64,000 bases of DNA from Basidiobolus meristosporus CBS 931.73. Lineage: Eukaryota; Fungi; Basidiobolomycota. The position numbers and the translations under genes are program-made. The notes below the pieces were generated by a model. It saw nothing but the letters and a program-made list of their open reading frames with translations, was not told where the DNA came from and made no database searches. Of the stretch, positions 38,140 to 52,362 are shown piece after piece (the first letter of the stretch is position 1; each line of letters begins with the position of its first letter). Location of the stretch: contig MCFE01000356.1 in assembly GCA_002104905.1 (NCBI GenBank), positions 23,931-87,930 of the forward strand. The letters are read 5' to 3'.

Positions 38140-38388
38140 TCAGAAAGGCAACCTATCAAGTGTCTCCTCAGGGTTCACCGGCGTGATCTCAACACTGGGG
38201 TAGCCCGCGCATCTCAATGGCGAATCGTTAAGGTGATGTGGTGAGCATGATTATCTTGGCTGCACTTACTTTTTGAAAAGGCGCACGAATGGATTGCACA
38301 CGATCTGCTTTTGACTCAGTTGGCAGTGGTACTGGGTGATCTCGGAGATGACGCAATCGGCTGAGCTATCTTCGTGGATCTTGGTCAT
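38140..38388 (-). CDS. SOM1: Mitochondrial inner-membrane peptidase subunit Som1-like small protein (64 aa, 2 exons; absent from the ORF track)
   Basis: Exons 38388-38270 and 38212-38140 give MTKIHEDSSADCVISEITQYHCQLSQKQIVCNPFVRLFKKCAGYPSVEITPVNPEETLDRLPF; the C-x4-ITQYxC...CxPFxRLFxxC...EIT pattern is typical of Som1. Confidence 0.8.
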
Positions 38389-38668
38389 TCAGCAGGAAAT
38401 CAGGGGGAAAAGGGAGGAAAGCTTGTGAGGGGATGGAGGAGGGGGATGAAATACTGGATTCGACACGGAGGTCCCGTGGTTAATATTTATAGAAAAATTT
38501 TGCCCAAGTGCAGGCCATTTCAAGTTTATTAGTGGTGTTCTATGGTATTGCATTCATATACAGAGTGACGTGAGGTCACCGCTCCAGCAGTGCGTCAAGG
38601 TGGGCAGGGGGAATTAGGAAAGAAATATGACTGTAGAAGGGTGGGCTTGTTGCAGGCTTGTTGCAGGC

Positions 38669-41600
38669 TTATTGTTTGCTAAGTAACCACTCGACAACCT
38701 CGCCCAGGAATTCTAGCTCGTGAAGCTTGGCGATGTTTCTCAGTACCGTCAGTTGTTTGTTAAGCTCTTTACGAGACTGCGTGAGAACAAAGTTGCCAGA
38801 GCACTGGCAATATTCGGTCAGGTTCTCAGCCTTGACCAGACGGCATTTAGAGCATTTGAGGTCTTGCAATTGATAGGCCGTGGTTTTGCGTTGGATGTTC
38901 TCGACAAGGGCGTCTTCGATGACTGATTTGTCGTACTCTTGCCTGCAACCGGGGCAGAGCCAAGGCTGGGGCACGCCGTCGACCGGAAGCAGGTCGGGAT
39001 CTCGACAGAAATCGAAGTCCCTGCAATGGTTACAGTAGTCACAAATAAACTGCATGAGTTTGTATGATTCGCAAGGGTTTTGGAATTGCGCCTCGGTGCT
39101 GAACTCCCGGACCCCGATGAGATCGAGTAGGTTTCTACGGAGTATACGAACTTCTCTTTCGATGTCCTCGTCGAGACCAAACACTTGGCAAATGTATTTG
39201 ATAAATTCGAGGGCGGGGTTGGTGAGTTTGATGTACGAGCCGGGTAGTTTGGGGAATGGATCCTGGCCTCCTTGGGTCGCCTTAAAATTCTCAAACACCT
39301 CCACCACCTCCGGCACCATCTTGAGCAGGCGTCTGGTAAAGTAATGACTGATAAATTTCTTCTTGAAGTCTACGTCGACGTCGCTTCCAACGATGTACGC
39401 CATGTTGTTGTTATCCTTGCGCCGCTCCACACGATGCTTGTGGCACTCGTAGATGAATTCAGCTATGACGATCTGGAACTTCTCCTGGATCGCTACAGGA
39501 AGATAGTCCCTCATATTCCAATGCATCTCCACACTCGGCTCTCCACCCGCACTAGAGCCAATCTCTCCAGTGGTGATGATGCCACCGTAATTGGCAGAGT
39601 CCATCCACAGGGCGCTCTCCCAGAATTGCAGCGAATCGAAGTCAAGATCCTGGAAGAGCGGCTTCTGACGGATCGCATTGAAGATGTAGCTTCCATACAT
39701 GGTGGCGCTGCCCATGGATGTTTTCGGGGTCGCCAGGATCACCTTGGAGAGACTCGCGTAAACGATCTTGGAGCCAAGGCGCTTGAACTCTCCGGTCAGT
39801 TGAACAAACACCTTTTGCATCATCTTGTGGATCAGGCCGTACAGACATGGATCATGCAGCTTGGATCCGGTGTTCATGACCCAGCGGTAGAAGTGGAGGA
39901 TCATCATGTTGGCGAACCGGTTGTTGGTTTCAGCAAACTCGCGGCACCAACCCTTGATCATCGCCTTGAGCATGCCAAAGGTCTGCCCCGAAATGTAGCC
40001 GTCTCCATACGATACGCTGGACTCCACGTCCCCTGCCATGTGTTCATCAAGCGAGTGGGCAACCGAGTCAAACCCAGTCACCCCCATGCTTCCCTCCAGT
40101 TCATTGATGAGCCCGGATTGCAGGACGGTGTTGACCGCGAGGTTCCTGATGTCGGCCTCGATGCATACCGAGTTATAGGCCCCCGGGTTATTGATTTCCG
40201 GGTTGACGATCTCATCCAGGGTGTAGAGATTCTCATCCTGCTCCTTCCCGCCGAGGTCTGGCTTGGCCGAGGGCGACCACCACAGCACGAAGCCACTTTC
40301 TTTCAACCGACGAGCGAAAAACACATCCGCGAGAAAGATGGGCGCATCCACCTCGATGTTGCCAAGTGGGACATTCGCGTATCTAGCTAGCGAGATCCGC
40401 TCGTTCAACCAGCTTGACACATTAAGGTAGTGCGCCACCATTCTCCGCGCGGCATGTCGTTGCCAATCAAGTGCAGGGAAGATGTTGTCCTTCTTGTGCG
40501 AAGGAATACACACATGTGGGAAGTCGGAGAGAGCTCTGATCTTCTCGTTGAGCGTTTTATATTGCATGGGGGAGTGGAGGGCGATCATGGTGGAGCCGCG
40601 GTGCTCGTTGGAATACTGGATCAAGGTCTTTTGAATAGCCTGATACGCTTCCAATTCTCCAGGGAAGGTGGTCACATTGAACGAGAGGTCCTCGTGGTAC
40701 TTGAAGGCGCCGTTCATCAAGTTCGGGTCCTTGCTCAGACGTTGCGCAAGCCGATCTCCGTACAACTTGGCCAAGTTCGGGATTTGCCCCGCGGCCCTGT
40801 CCACAACAAAGAGACTCGCCTGGTTTGTCACAGTGGAAAACAGTCCAAATATGTGGCGATTATCCGAGTTGGCGTGGTAGATGTACAGGTAGTTGAGGTA
40901 ATCGTTGGAGCCCAGATAGGTGTAGTCTGGGTTCACCTGGCTCTGGATCTGGTACAAATCGTAGAGGCTCTTTTTGCTCTGAATGTTGCGTTCGGAGTCT
41001 TTGATGGTGCATACGATACCCAAGTGAAGCAGAACTCTTAGGGCCATAGGGACTTGCGTCTCATACACTCCCTCGATCGAAGGGTGGCTGAAGAATATAT
41101 GGATCGCCTTGGTATTGTTGCGATAGAACGCCTCTTCCATGTCGAATTCGTAGAGGTATTTCCGATGATGAGCTCGTGGCAGGATGCTATAGCTGCGTGT
41201 GCATCTGTACGAGCCATCCGGCAGATCCCCATAGTTCGCTATATCAACCCGGCTGTTCACATAGAACACGCGCGGGACTTTGATACGGATCGGCTGCAGG
41301 CGTTTATTCACCAGCACCCACAGGCGGAATTCTCCAGGCGCCTCTGTTTCCGTGATCTGCAAAACCTCCCAAATGTTGCTTTGCTGCTCCTTCTTTTCGT
41401 CAATCAAGAAATCACGAAGCAGCCCTCCTTTCTGCAGTTTGGTGATAGGACCGTTGGTCTCCGAGCGCTCCCGTTGTTTACGCTTCCGATTCCTCTGCCA
41501 CTTCCACTTTTGTTTCTGATATTGCAACCATCCTTCGTAATCCACAGTCATATCAGGTACCGGGCCTTCTGGTTCGGGCTCTGGCTCGGACTCTACTTCA

Positions 41601-44600
41601 ACGTCAGCATGGCCAGTGGAATTAGCAGCTCTGTGCTTGTTCTTGGTCACCACGGCCACGGATTTCTTGAATTTGCTGGACTCCGTCTCGCCAAAGTCTT
41701 CGATGTCGCCCACCGGTGCTGGTTTGGGAATCGCTTTGAAAGAGTCGGTGATGCGGTTTTGTTTGTATATGTCATCCTTGGCAGCAACCCTTCTGAGCAA
41801 CCAATCTGGGTGGCGAACTCGAGGGACAGGGTTGGTAACTTTCTGCATGGCAGCTGGAATGGTAATCAGCTTCTGAACCACCGAGGCAAAGCGGTCCAGG
41901 TAATAGGACCAATCCAATATGCTTCGGATGTCGAAGTCCTGAATGGAGTTGTCTTTGAGCCACTTCCGGATGTAATGCTTCTTAACCGACGTTTCAGCAG
42001 AGAAGATAGCAATAGGAATGGCTCTTTCGGAAACCGAGAGTCCAAGCGGCTTCTCCGAAATGATGAATTGACACGCCAGGCCTTTATCTTTCACCATCTG
42101 GTCACCCAAGAACTCCGCCAACCGTTTGGCAGTACTGATGGAGGTCGATTTCTGGTCACCGTAGTCCTCCAGTGTCTTGGACATGCTTCTGTTCTCGGCG
42201 ATGAGTTCGAAGAGCTCGTCGTCTGCAAGTGTGGCTGCTTTACTGTACAGCACGTCTAGCCACTGGTCGGCCACTTTAGCGACGGCAGCATAACATTCCT
42301 GGAGGGTGGAGCCTTCCAAGAAGATCTTGAAGATCTGCGACTGGAAAATCTTGATCAGTTTCAATTCACCTCTTCTCTTCACTTCGAACCCTTTCAATTC
42401 GGCCAATGAGCCATCATCATTGAAGACGGCGTAACGCTTCTTCAGCAGCTTGTCCTCTTCCTTGGAGGAGGGAAGGATCATGGCGCGGTATGGACCGTCG
42501 ACTTCGAAGAAGATACTGTTTTCATTCCGAACGGAGTATTCGAAGGTGTCCGGATTGACCAGCTCTTGGTATTGTTGATTGGTGAAGCGATCATGGACCA
42601 GATGGTTCAACATGACGCATGGGTAAGAGATGGGAAACTTCTTGCCATTCGTTAATTTGAAGGTGAAGTTCTCCGGGAATGTACTGGGGAGAATACACCA
42701 AATACCATCTGTATCCAACTCGAGTGGCCTGCCGATTTGCTCGACCAGCTGCCGGGCCATCTGAATGATTTTGGCTCCGGTGAGACACACCACGCCGGCC
42801 ATCTCCATGGAGTACCAACGAGATCCCTTTCTCATCACATATCCGTAGAAGGAGTTAAGGATACACTTGTGCGCAAGCTGTAAGGAGTCATAGAGCACGA
42901 TCATCTTCTTCGCCTCGTCCGCCTCCGCAAGACTGCCTGCTTTGTCTAGATTCCCTTTCCAGGTCTTATGCAGCCCTTTGTATTCGTATCTTCGGTCACG
43001 GAAACTTCTGACTGTGTTGACGTAGAACGGGTTTTCTCGCTGGCAGATGATCGCCTCCTTTTCAACCACCTTGGTCACGTGCATGCGTTTGTACACTTTT
43101 TTGCAATACTCCTTGACACGTTTTCGAAGGAGGGCGGTTTGCTCGGCGGGTGGCAGCCGGTTGTACGGCCGGGGTGGTTGGTTCGGGTTAGCCCCGGGGA
43201 ACGTCTCGCATTCCAGCTGATTCTTTATCATGTTCGTTTCGCTTCGCTTGGCGGGAAAATACTCTCCTCTCCACGACCACGTCAGCCTCCGATCGCAATT
43301 CTTGCCAGGCTGGTTGAAATCGCAGGATGCGCAGGTTCCTTCGTCAATGATTGCATCCGGTTGAAGTCTGTTTGTTAGGATGATGTTGGGGTACATAGCT
43401 GCTACATCCAAGTGATAGATTAACGGGGTTTCGTAGCGCGTGGGTGTCTCCTTGAGATTGATCAGTTTCTCGATGATGCTTTGTCGAACCTGGAAACCAG
43501 CCCTGGGGTTAGTAGCTGACAGCTTGATGGTTGAAAATACTTGGCCATCACCTCATCGTAGTTCGACACTTGGTCCAACGAAAGGTTGCCCTCCACTTGA
43601 ATACTGAATTTCAGCGCGGCATCCAACTCTCCTATCAGCTACGGACGCGCTCAGGGTTAGAACCGCTGCGATAACACGGGTGGCAGTACAAACTCACCTT
43701 ATCAATCGCCTCGGTGCCGACTTTGAAATTGACTGGAATGTCGCTACGGAAAACACCGGCCTCGAGGGCTTCTACGTGACCACCTACATACGTTTCGCTC
43801 TCGATCAGATGACTTTCGTAGAACTTTTCCAGCTTGTCCACATGCTTATTGGGCATGATGATGTCGCCTTGGTAGGCTTCAACCTAGAATACGAACGTGT
43901 CAGTAAAAGCCCCATTCGAGTCCCGGGATTTCAATCGCCTTACCATGAGCAGGACTTCGCAGAGAGTACCGGTTCCCTTCCGGAGCACTTCATCTGGGTT
44001 AAGCGGGATAATATTGCACAGAGAGAAAATGAACGGATGCACGTATTTCATGTACAGATAGTATGTGGCCACAGCATCTGACACGGAATATTCGGACAGA
44101 GTTTGTGGCTGCTCCGATGCAAACCGAGTCATATCCTCGGGGTCGATTTCAACGGGGTTATAGCCAAGCTTCGAAGTGGTGACGGCTTTCAGGCCTTGAC
44201 TTCCCACTGGTAAGTAACTATCACGCTTGACCCAGCGCAAGGCGTCCATGTGGATGGCGTATTTCGATTTGTATTCGTCCTGGTCGTCTTTGGCGAACCC
44301 GATTTCCTGGACAGGTTAGTTAGAACGGGTCTGCTCTGATGATGCCAGGGTGGATTTCCCATTACCTCGTACATGCTGATTCCATTGGCAAGCGCCCTAG
44401 TCTCTACGAAAGGCCAATCGAAGAAATCACCGTTGTACGTCACGAAGACGGTGGGTTTAAGCTCTTGGATGTGTTCGAAGAATCGTCGGATCAACGCTTC
44501 CTATCAAGAGAGTTAGCTCCGTCTTTGGAAACGAGAAACTGGGAAGACCGCATACTTCGTTAGGCTCATTGAAGATGATGAATGGCCCTTCAAACTCAGG

Positions 44601-46012
44601 TTTGGGTGTGTACTCGAAGTCATCAATGTCTTCGGATATAATCTCTCGGTTGGTGATAAGATAGCCCTATATGAGGAACTCGTCAATATATGTTCCGGCC
44701 AAGCGGTGGCTCCCGACTCTACCTGTCCGTCCACCATGTATGAAATCATCATGATGGAATCTATTGAAGCGTCTGGAAACTTCAGTGGCAGCTTTGTCGT
44801 CTCAATATCGTAGGCCAACACGACAGGTTCCGCACGCTTCACTTTGTCGAATCGCCTCTTGATTGTAATTTGCCCCGAGGTGGCTTTGACGTTGTACCAC
44901 AAACCTACTCGAATATCTATTTCATCGTTTGGTAAGAATCCGGCTCAACCAAGGCTCGCCATGATCTTACCGTTGTCGATCGCCACTCTTAAATAGTAAG
45001 GGATGTCATACTCGCGAATGTCGATCACATTGTCCATGACCTCCCTATTGATGCCCGCGGATTCTACTCCAAGCTCCTCGTAAGCCACCACATTCTTGGC
45101 CCTGCAAACGAGGGAAGTGAACTGGTTAGGGACAGACGTCTAATAAAAAAGCTTGGATTTCCATTACTTGTTGATCTCACTGTAAATATCGGTGGCCGTA
45201 TTGGTTTCCTGGTTCTTTTTGATGATCGGGAGAACGAACTTTCGAACACTGAGCAAATCTTGCACGTTCCGAAACGTTAGTCTGAGAAACGTTCGTTTGA
45301 GACCCAGGAGGTGATTTGGCTGCGACAATAGCATGAGCGATTGCGATTGCGATTCGGCATGGCAAAAGTGACTGGTACGAACCTGGTGCAAATCCTTTTT
45401 CTGTACTCGTTGGACCTTCTCGAGGATGTTTTCAAATTTACGCCTCAAGAACTCCTCCACCTCACCCTCCGTATCGGGCTAAAACGGGCTGGATTGGTAT
45501 CCGCACAGCATCAGAAATGGGGAAAGGTTCACCTACCTTGCAGCCGATCAGGAAATACGGGCTATATAGCACTGTACTCTTGAATGAATTACCGTCTTCT
45601 TCTAAAAAATACAAATCAACTCCTGCTCTTCCGGTAGGATGGTCCGAATCTTTGACCAAGGTCTTTGTGTCAAGTAGAGGGTTGGTTAACGAGGGTCAAA
45701 AACAAGATCCTTCCAAAGATAAGAACCAACCGCATGCATATTTATAAGCCAGCCGAGTTTCTCCGGGCCCTCCTGATACCGATAAAAGCCCAGCTTCTCG
45801 TCCAGAGCATCCACCTTCTTCACTTCCTCGAATCTATTCCCCAGACTCGACATCTCTAGGTCGACTTCTGTGGAGCTTTGGGGTGGGTTGTTTCCGGAAG
45901 TGAAACGGGGGTTGGAACTGGAGTTGGGATTGGGATTGTGGTCATTTTTCCGGAAGAATCTCTTTTTTCCTGGGCCAGAGCCGAAGGTTTTTCGATGATT
46001 GGAAGCTCCCAT
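38669..46012 (-). CDS. POL2: DNA polymerase epsilon catalytic subunit, multi-exon
   Basis: [46 protein letters not shown], CysX (CASCDFN..NC), [34 protein letters not shown]-terminal CysA/CysB zinc fingers. Confidence 0.98.
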
Positions 46013-46505
46013 TAAGCGTATGTTTTGAGGAGCTGTGTGTTGGAGCCTAGTTTAACGCTGGTGAACACTGTAGGTGTATGCGTGCGGGTGTATGTGTGGA
46101 GCGTAGTAGTTCTGAAATAGGGGAAGAGCACGCAAAAGCAATTAGCAAAATACACGAATATACAAGAACGTCACTTCGAGCGCTGCGAGTTGGAACCAAT
46201 TTCTTGGTGTGGTCGAGAGCCCCTTGTTGATCGGGTTTGTTTACTGTTTTGCTGATAAAATGTTTACATGGATATCCATCATCATCAGCTTGGATCCATT
46301 TGATGAGGTTGGCCATCCAGACGAAAATTTCCATTCGCTCGCATGATTTTTTATTCATTCACCATCTCATGTCGCAGAATGGCCGAGTTGAGATGCGAAT
46401 GACGGTGGTTCTCATTAGTTTAATAAATAGGGTGTGTAGGCGGGGTATATTAGGGCTAGGGTATACGGGAATATGGCATACATGAATACAATGGTATGTT
46501 TGAAG

Positions 46506-48422
46506 TTAATTATTCTCGAATTTGGGAAAGTCTCGAGGGTCCCAATTCTCGCGATCGCACACTACCAACGGCTCATACTTCACACCTTCCCCGGTAGGGT
46601 CGATCCCTTGGATGGCACACACTCGAATGGCATGAGATTTGAAAAACAGTTTGTATTTGAGGACTCCGCGAATGGTTAGCTCGTAGGGATGTCGAAGGAT
46701 CTGATACCTTCATGAAGCAAAGGCGTTAGTGATCTGGGTCGGAATGAGTGGTGAGCCAAGAGCTAGAACCATTTGTTCTCCGCCTCGTCGGCAATCCCCC
46801 CGGGATTTCTCAGCCTGATCTGAGCAGCAACGTTATCTACAGTACCACCAAGGCTGTTTCTTCGGCTAAATATGATTGGCTCGTCCAGGTGGTCTAAGTT
46901 ACCAAGATACTCCGCAGGATGGTTACCTACAGCGCCAAGCATTGATAAATACATCGCATGGGAGAATCACGTGGGCACTTACTTCGTTTCTCTTGCAGCA
47001 GGGTGCTTGCTGAGTTCGACATCACTCGAGGGTTCTGCGTGAAGTTGCTGCTTCTGATTGGGGTGGCAAAGATCCCAATATCTACCGTGGATATCTCCAC
47101 TGCCCAGATATTCCAATTCCTGCCCTTCAGATGGGCGTCAAACACAAGTTCTTTCTCAGCAGCAAGGACATTGGTGATCCCTATCAGTGATACATCTGTC
47201 AAAGGGATAGTGGAGAATGCGTATGTGAAACAACACACGATTCCGAACAGAATGAGGGACAGGGTGCCAAGGAGAGGATTTCGTCGTTGCCGACTGCTAC
47301 AAACAATCAGTGATTTCGTTCCGGAAAAAATAGAATAGCTGGATGTGCTTCGAACACTACCTCTTTCTCCTCCTTTTCGCCTCTGACGGATTCATCTTCC
47401 AGAACAATGGCAGGGTTTCATCGATATCTGACTGGATCCTTCCTGAGTGGTGGGAAGGTAAACCATAGGCCTGGGCTCGTCGCGAGAGGTCTTTGCCAGG
47501 TGTGATGGGCCTGTAACGGTAGTTGGGAGAACCGATGGGAGATCTGCTTCCTCTGCCATCGCTCTTCCACTTGGCTGAGAAGTACCCATCGTCCACCTCT
47601 GATTCAACGCTGGACCCAGAATCGTAAAACTGGTGCGAGCACCCTGCACCATTATAATCCGCAGACTTGAAGTATTCTGCATCAGACAAAAAAGGGGATT
47701 CGTTTTGTGACGGCATGGGAGTGCGTGGAGAAAATAGCGGCGAGTCTACTGGAGACTTGTGGTCGAATTTACCTCGTAAATGTGCACTCTTGCGGTTAGC
47801 AAGTCGACTCTGACTGCAATGCTTGGGATACACAAATTCCTCGTCAGACTCATCTATCCAGAGGGAAATGATAAATTCCGCGTTCATGATACTGGAGCAT
47901 GCCTAACCTATACCTCCAACGTCACTCATGTAGACGGTCATGCGGGCACCAAGGTTACCAGGGAAGAGAGCCGACGCCTTGCGCTCGTTGTGGGCCAACG
48001 ACGGGCGGGACTTTTTCTTCTCCCGACTTCTGCTATTTATTGATCCACAGTCATCCGACTAGAGCACCAGTTAACTCATTAGTTCGATGACGGAGTTGCC
48101 GTATTAGCCTTACCATCAGCGGCTTCTTGTTTCTTAACGAGCCGCGTGCTCTATTTTCTGGTGCATCGACTCTTTCTATACTCAACTCACGAGGCTGCAA
48201 GGTGTTCACCGAAGCTTTCGATCTAATTGCCCCCTTTTTATCGCCGTACAAGGACTCATTGGTAGTTCGAGGCTTCAACCCACCCCGCTCTTCGTAAGAA
48301 GTTGCTGCACTTTCAATATCGCTATTTGGATTTTGCTTGATGTTTATCGCTAAATACTTGGTCTGTGTAGATGAGTTGGGCTGCAAAGGAGGCGTTCTGT
48401 AAGATTCATGGTCGTTAATCAT
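46506..48422 (-). CDS. VAC7: Vacuolar segregation protein Vac7 (Fab1 kinase activator), multi-exon; true start uncertain
   Basis: After a disordered N-terminus and one TM segment: PLTDVSLIGITNVLAAEKELVFDAHLKGRNWN...DIGIFA, LGNLDHLDEPIIF, QIRLRNPG, WYQILRHPYELTIRGVLKYKL, matching the Vac7 lumenal domain. Confidence 0.82.
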
Positions 48423-49485
48423 GGTACTCTGCTAAAACCAACAGACTCTGTTAGCAACCTTTTGGGGTTCTTGCTATGTAAAAATATGGCGGCTTGCTCA
48501 TCTAGTTCGTGGTCGTCCAGGTCGGTGAGACGATCCAACATGTTTCTTCTCTAATGTGAAGCAGTTAGAAACCAAAGATAGCTATTTGCCAACCAATTCT
48601 CGTCCAGCTTGAAGTAGAGCTATGGGGAAACTGAAGTGAGGTGGCGGAAGAGACGAAGGAGAGACAGTGCATACCACAGTATTTTAAGTAGATTGGTTAT
48701 TAATCTGCATTAACGGTTTGAAAGCTGCATGGTAGGTAGCATGATGATGGACCTGGAAGCATCACACATCACACATCACAAATCACACCACCTGGCACCT
48801 GGGCTATTAACTTGAAATGGCCATATACAATGCTGTGTCTATTGGCGAGAATCTATTCGAGACCAGAGAATATGGCCGTCACACACACACTTCACAGCAA
48901 TATCACACCGGCCAATCCGTGATTGTCAGGAGGGGAATTAATGAGAAATAACATGGGCATCTGAATGAGCGATAAAAGGCCATGCATCAACCCTGAGACC
49001 CCTGATCTGAATTGCTCACAGCGGGTGTGGTGCGACCGAAATCAGGACAGGCGGTGGAGGACGAGATCGGGGAACTCACCCTAAGTGGAACTTAAGCTTC
49101 TTGCCGTATCGTACATAATGAATGCAAAACTCTGACCAACATTTGGTATGAAATCAGCTCGAGCAAATCAACGAATGATATCCCGTGATGCGCTGAAGCT
49201 CAGGAAAAAAAATCAAAAAAAAACTTCGCCTGGCCACTAGCACTTCAGAGACATCCCGAAAAAAAGAATTTTTGGGCGATTCCTCTTACACTTGGATAGT
49301 GTGTTGTTTCTGTACGGCAGCCATTCTTCACGTATCACTGCGCTCTTATTGAAGGCGAAGCTTACCCTTGTCTTTGGAAACAAAACTTTCTTATTTTTTT
49401 GTAGAGTTCTGGCTTTACATTAGATTCTTTTGTTGATATCATTTTTACATATATTTATTTCATATCGTACGCATAGATTTTCACC

Positions 49486-51703
49486 ATGCCTGCTATTGAT
49501 TCGAGAAACCTCCCTCTGACCGAAGAAGACATTGACTTTTCCGACATCGAGGCCAAATATGCTTTGGCAGAGGAAAAGGGCTTTGACAACATAGTCATCG
49601 TGGACAACGTCCCCAAAGTCGATGAGTCCAAAGAGGAAAAGTTGCTTAACGTCATTAGAAAGATCTTCAAGTCTGCTGGTCTCCTCTTGAATGAAGGCGC
49701 CATCATCATGCCCAAGAGCAAGGATGAAAAGACTGGCAAGACCTCCTCCAAGGGATTTTTGTTCATCGAATTTGAAAATGCTGAGCAAGCAGCCCAAGCT
49801 ATCAAGCACCTTGATAACTACCGCATGGACAAGACCCATATCCTCGCCATCAACAAATTGACCGATATCCAGAAGTATTCCGAAGTTAGCGAAGAGTTCG
49901 TGGAGCCTGAGATTGAGGAATTCACTGAGCAAGAGCACTACCGCTCATGGCTCGCCGACTCCAAGGCTCGTGATCAATGGGTTATGTATAGAGGTGAGGA
50001 GGTCAGCATTTTCTGGAACAGAAAGACTGAGGCTCCTGACCATGTTCATAGCAGAACCAACTGGACTGAAACCTATGTCCAGATGGTCTCCACTCGGAAC
50101 TTACCTCACTACCGTCCATCGTCAGGGTGTCGCCCTTTGGGGTGGTGAGAGCTGGGGCAAGATTGTTCGTTTTGTTCACCCTGGCGTTAAGCTCATTGAT
50201 TACTCCCCCTGTGAGAAATACCTTATCACCTGGAGTAACGAGCCTATCGTCTTGACTGATTCGGCCAACGGAACTCCATTCGGACCCCAGGACGAAGGCA
50301 ACCACGCCTTGATTTGGGATATCAAGACCGGTGCTCTCCTCCGTTCCTTCCCTAACTTGCCATCTGCTTCCGAGAAATCTGGTCCCACCAAGATCAGCTG
50401 GCCCATGTTCAAGTGGTCTCCTTCTGACAAGTTCTTTGCTCGTGTTACCCCCGGGCAGATGATCTCAGTCTATGAGGCTCCCTCCATGGGTCTTGTTGAC
50501 AAGAAGAGCATGAAGATTGAGGGCGTTGTCGATTTCGAATGGTGCCCCGTGTTGGACAAGGAGAAGAAGGACGCCCAGGAAATCCTCTCCTACTGGACTC
50601 CTGAGGTTGGCAACCAGCCCGCCAGAGTGACCCTTGTCAACTTCCCTGGCCGCCAGATTGTTCGTACCAAGAACCTGTTCAACGTTAACGAATGTAAGAT
50701 GTTCTGGCATCCTCGCGGCAAGTTCCTCTGCGTCAAGGTTGATCGCCACACCAAGACCAAGAAATCGAACTTCACCAACTTGGAGATCTTCCGTGTTGGA
50801 GACAAGGACATCCCCGTCGATGTCGTCGAGGTTCCAGACACCGTCCTTAGCTTTGCTTGGGAGCCCGCTGCCGAGCCCCGCTTCGGTATCATCACCTCCT
50901 CAGACTCCAACACCACCGCTGCCAACCAATCCGGCGCTGGTACCACCGCCACCACCCCTAGAACCAGTGTTAGCTTCTACAACATGGAGAAGGCCAAGGG
51001 CAAGTTTGCCACTGGAGGCTTCAAGCTTATCAAGACCCTTGAGCGCAAGACCGCCAACGCCCTCATCTGGTCTCCTCGTGGACGCAACGTGATTTTGGCT
51101 ACCCTTCGTTCTCAAACCACCTGGGATCTGGAGTTCTGGGATATGGACTTCGAGCCATTGGAAGCCAAGAAGGAGCAAAACGGTGCCAAGAACGACCCCG
51201 CCGCATACATGAACCTTCTGTCCACTCAAGAGCATTACGGTGTGACCGACATCGAGTGGGATCCCACCGGCAGATACGTCATCACCAGTGCCAGTATGTG
51301 GAGACACACCATGGAAAACGGCTTCGTTGTTTGGGACTTCAAGGGAACCATGCTCTACAAGAAGGTCCTCGACAAGTTCAAGCAAATCTTGTGGAGACCT
51401 CGTCCCAAGTCTTTGTTGACCGCTGAGCAAAAGAAGAAGATCCGTAAGAACTTGAAGGAGTACTCCCGCGAGTTCGAGCAAGAGGATCTCTCCTCGGAGA
51501 ATGCCGTGTCCGCCGCCGTCCTTGCCCAAAGACGCAAGCTCATCGACGAATGGCAGACTTGGAGAAGCCGCGTCGAGGCCGAGTTGGCACAAGAGAGAGC
51601 GGCTGCCGGGCAAACCAGCGTTGCCCAAGACAGCAACACCGAAGTCATCGAGGAATGGATCGAGGAAGTTATCGAGGAGACTGAAGAAGTTCTTAACGAA
51701 TAA
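49486..51703 (+). CDS. PRT1: Translation initiation factor eIF3 subunit b (Prt1); +1 frameshift at about 50083 in this sequence
   Basis: RRM (DNIVIVDNVPKV...KGFLFIEF), WTETYVQ|WSPLGTYL, beta-propeller repeats, DIEWDPTGRY, KKIRKNLKEYS; two overlapping ORFs joined by a 1-nt shift. Confidence 0.93.
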
Positions 51704-52362
51704 ATTACAGATGTCTATGATTACATATTATGCAAATAAATTAATATCCCTTGTAATGAGCATTCAAATGTCGCTGTTGTGGTTCACGGTCGCTGAGAGG
51801 GTGGATTTGGGTACGTCACAATGTTGCCTCAATCAGACCTCCATCGACCCCACTCCGCCGTGTCACAGGACTAGGCAGTTTAGCCAGGCACTTCATTGGT
51901 ATATTACCGTGCTGGCGCTTTTTGGTAGAATCCATCAAAACATTGCCACATCGAGGGGCCAAGATCAGTATCATCCAACACTTAAATATCAATCGTCGGT
52001 GGTAGAAAATCATTAATGTGAATGATGGAAGTGTATATCTTCCCCCGAGCCAATCACCGACCCCGATGGCCGAAATGTAAACAAACCTTGGAAGCCAAGG
52101 GTGCCCCATGACTTGGTAAAAAAATGCAGCTCCTAGGAGGAACCAAGTTATTTTGTACGTACAAGATCAGCAGTACAGCCAATAGTATCCCGCTCCGCCG
52201 CCAATACACGTCTTACTTCAGCGGTTGGCCAATGAATGGTGTGTGGAAGAGTCCCTGTTACCGACCCTACCACTTCCTTTATAACCGTTGTTTCCGCCCG
52301 CTCTCCCCTATCGACGCTTCCTCAAAATTGATTACATTTTACCAGGTGACAACTGCAGTTCA

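Noticed and set aside
39272-42259. Long plus-strand ORFs (372, 203 and 401 aa) opposite POL2
   Set aside because: Antisense shadows produced by GC3-rich codon bias; no recognisable motifs
46047-46485. ORFs between the POL2 start and the VAC7 end
   Set aside because: No motifs; likely promoter or UTR sequence
50200-51648. Minus-strand ORFs up to 242 aa opposite eIF3b
   Set aside because: Antisense shadows of a strongly codon-biased gene
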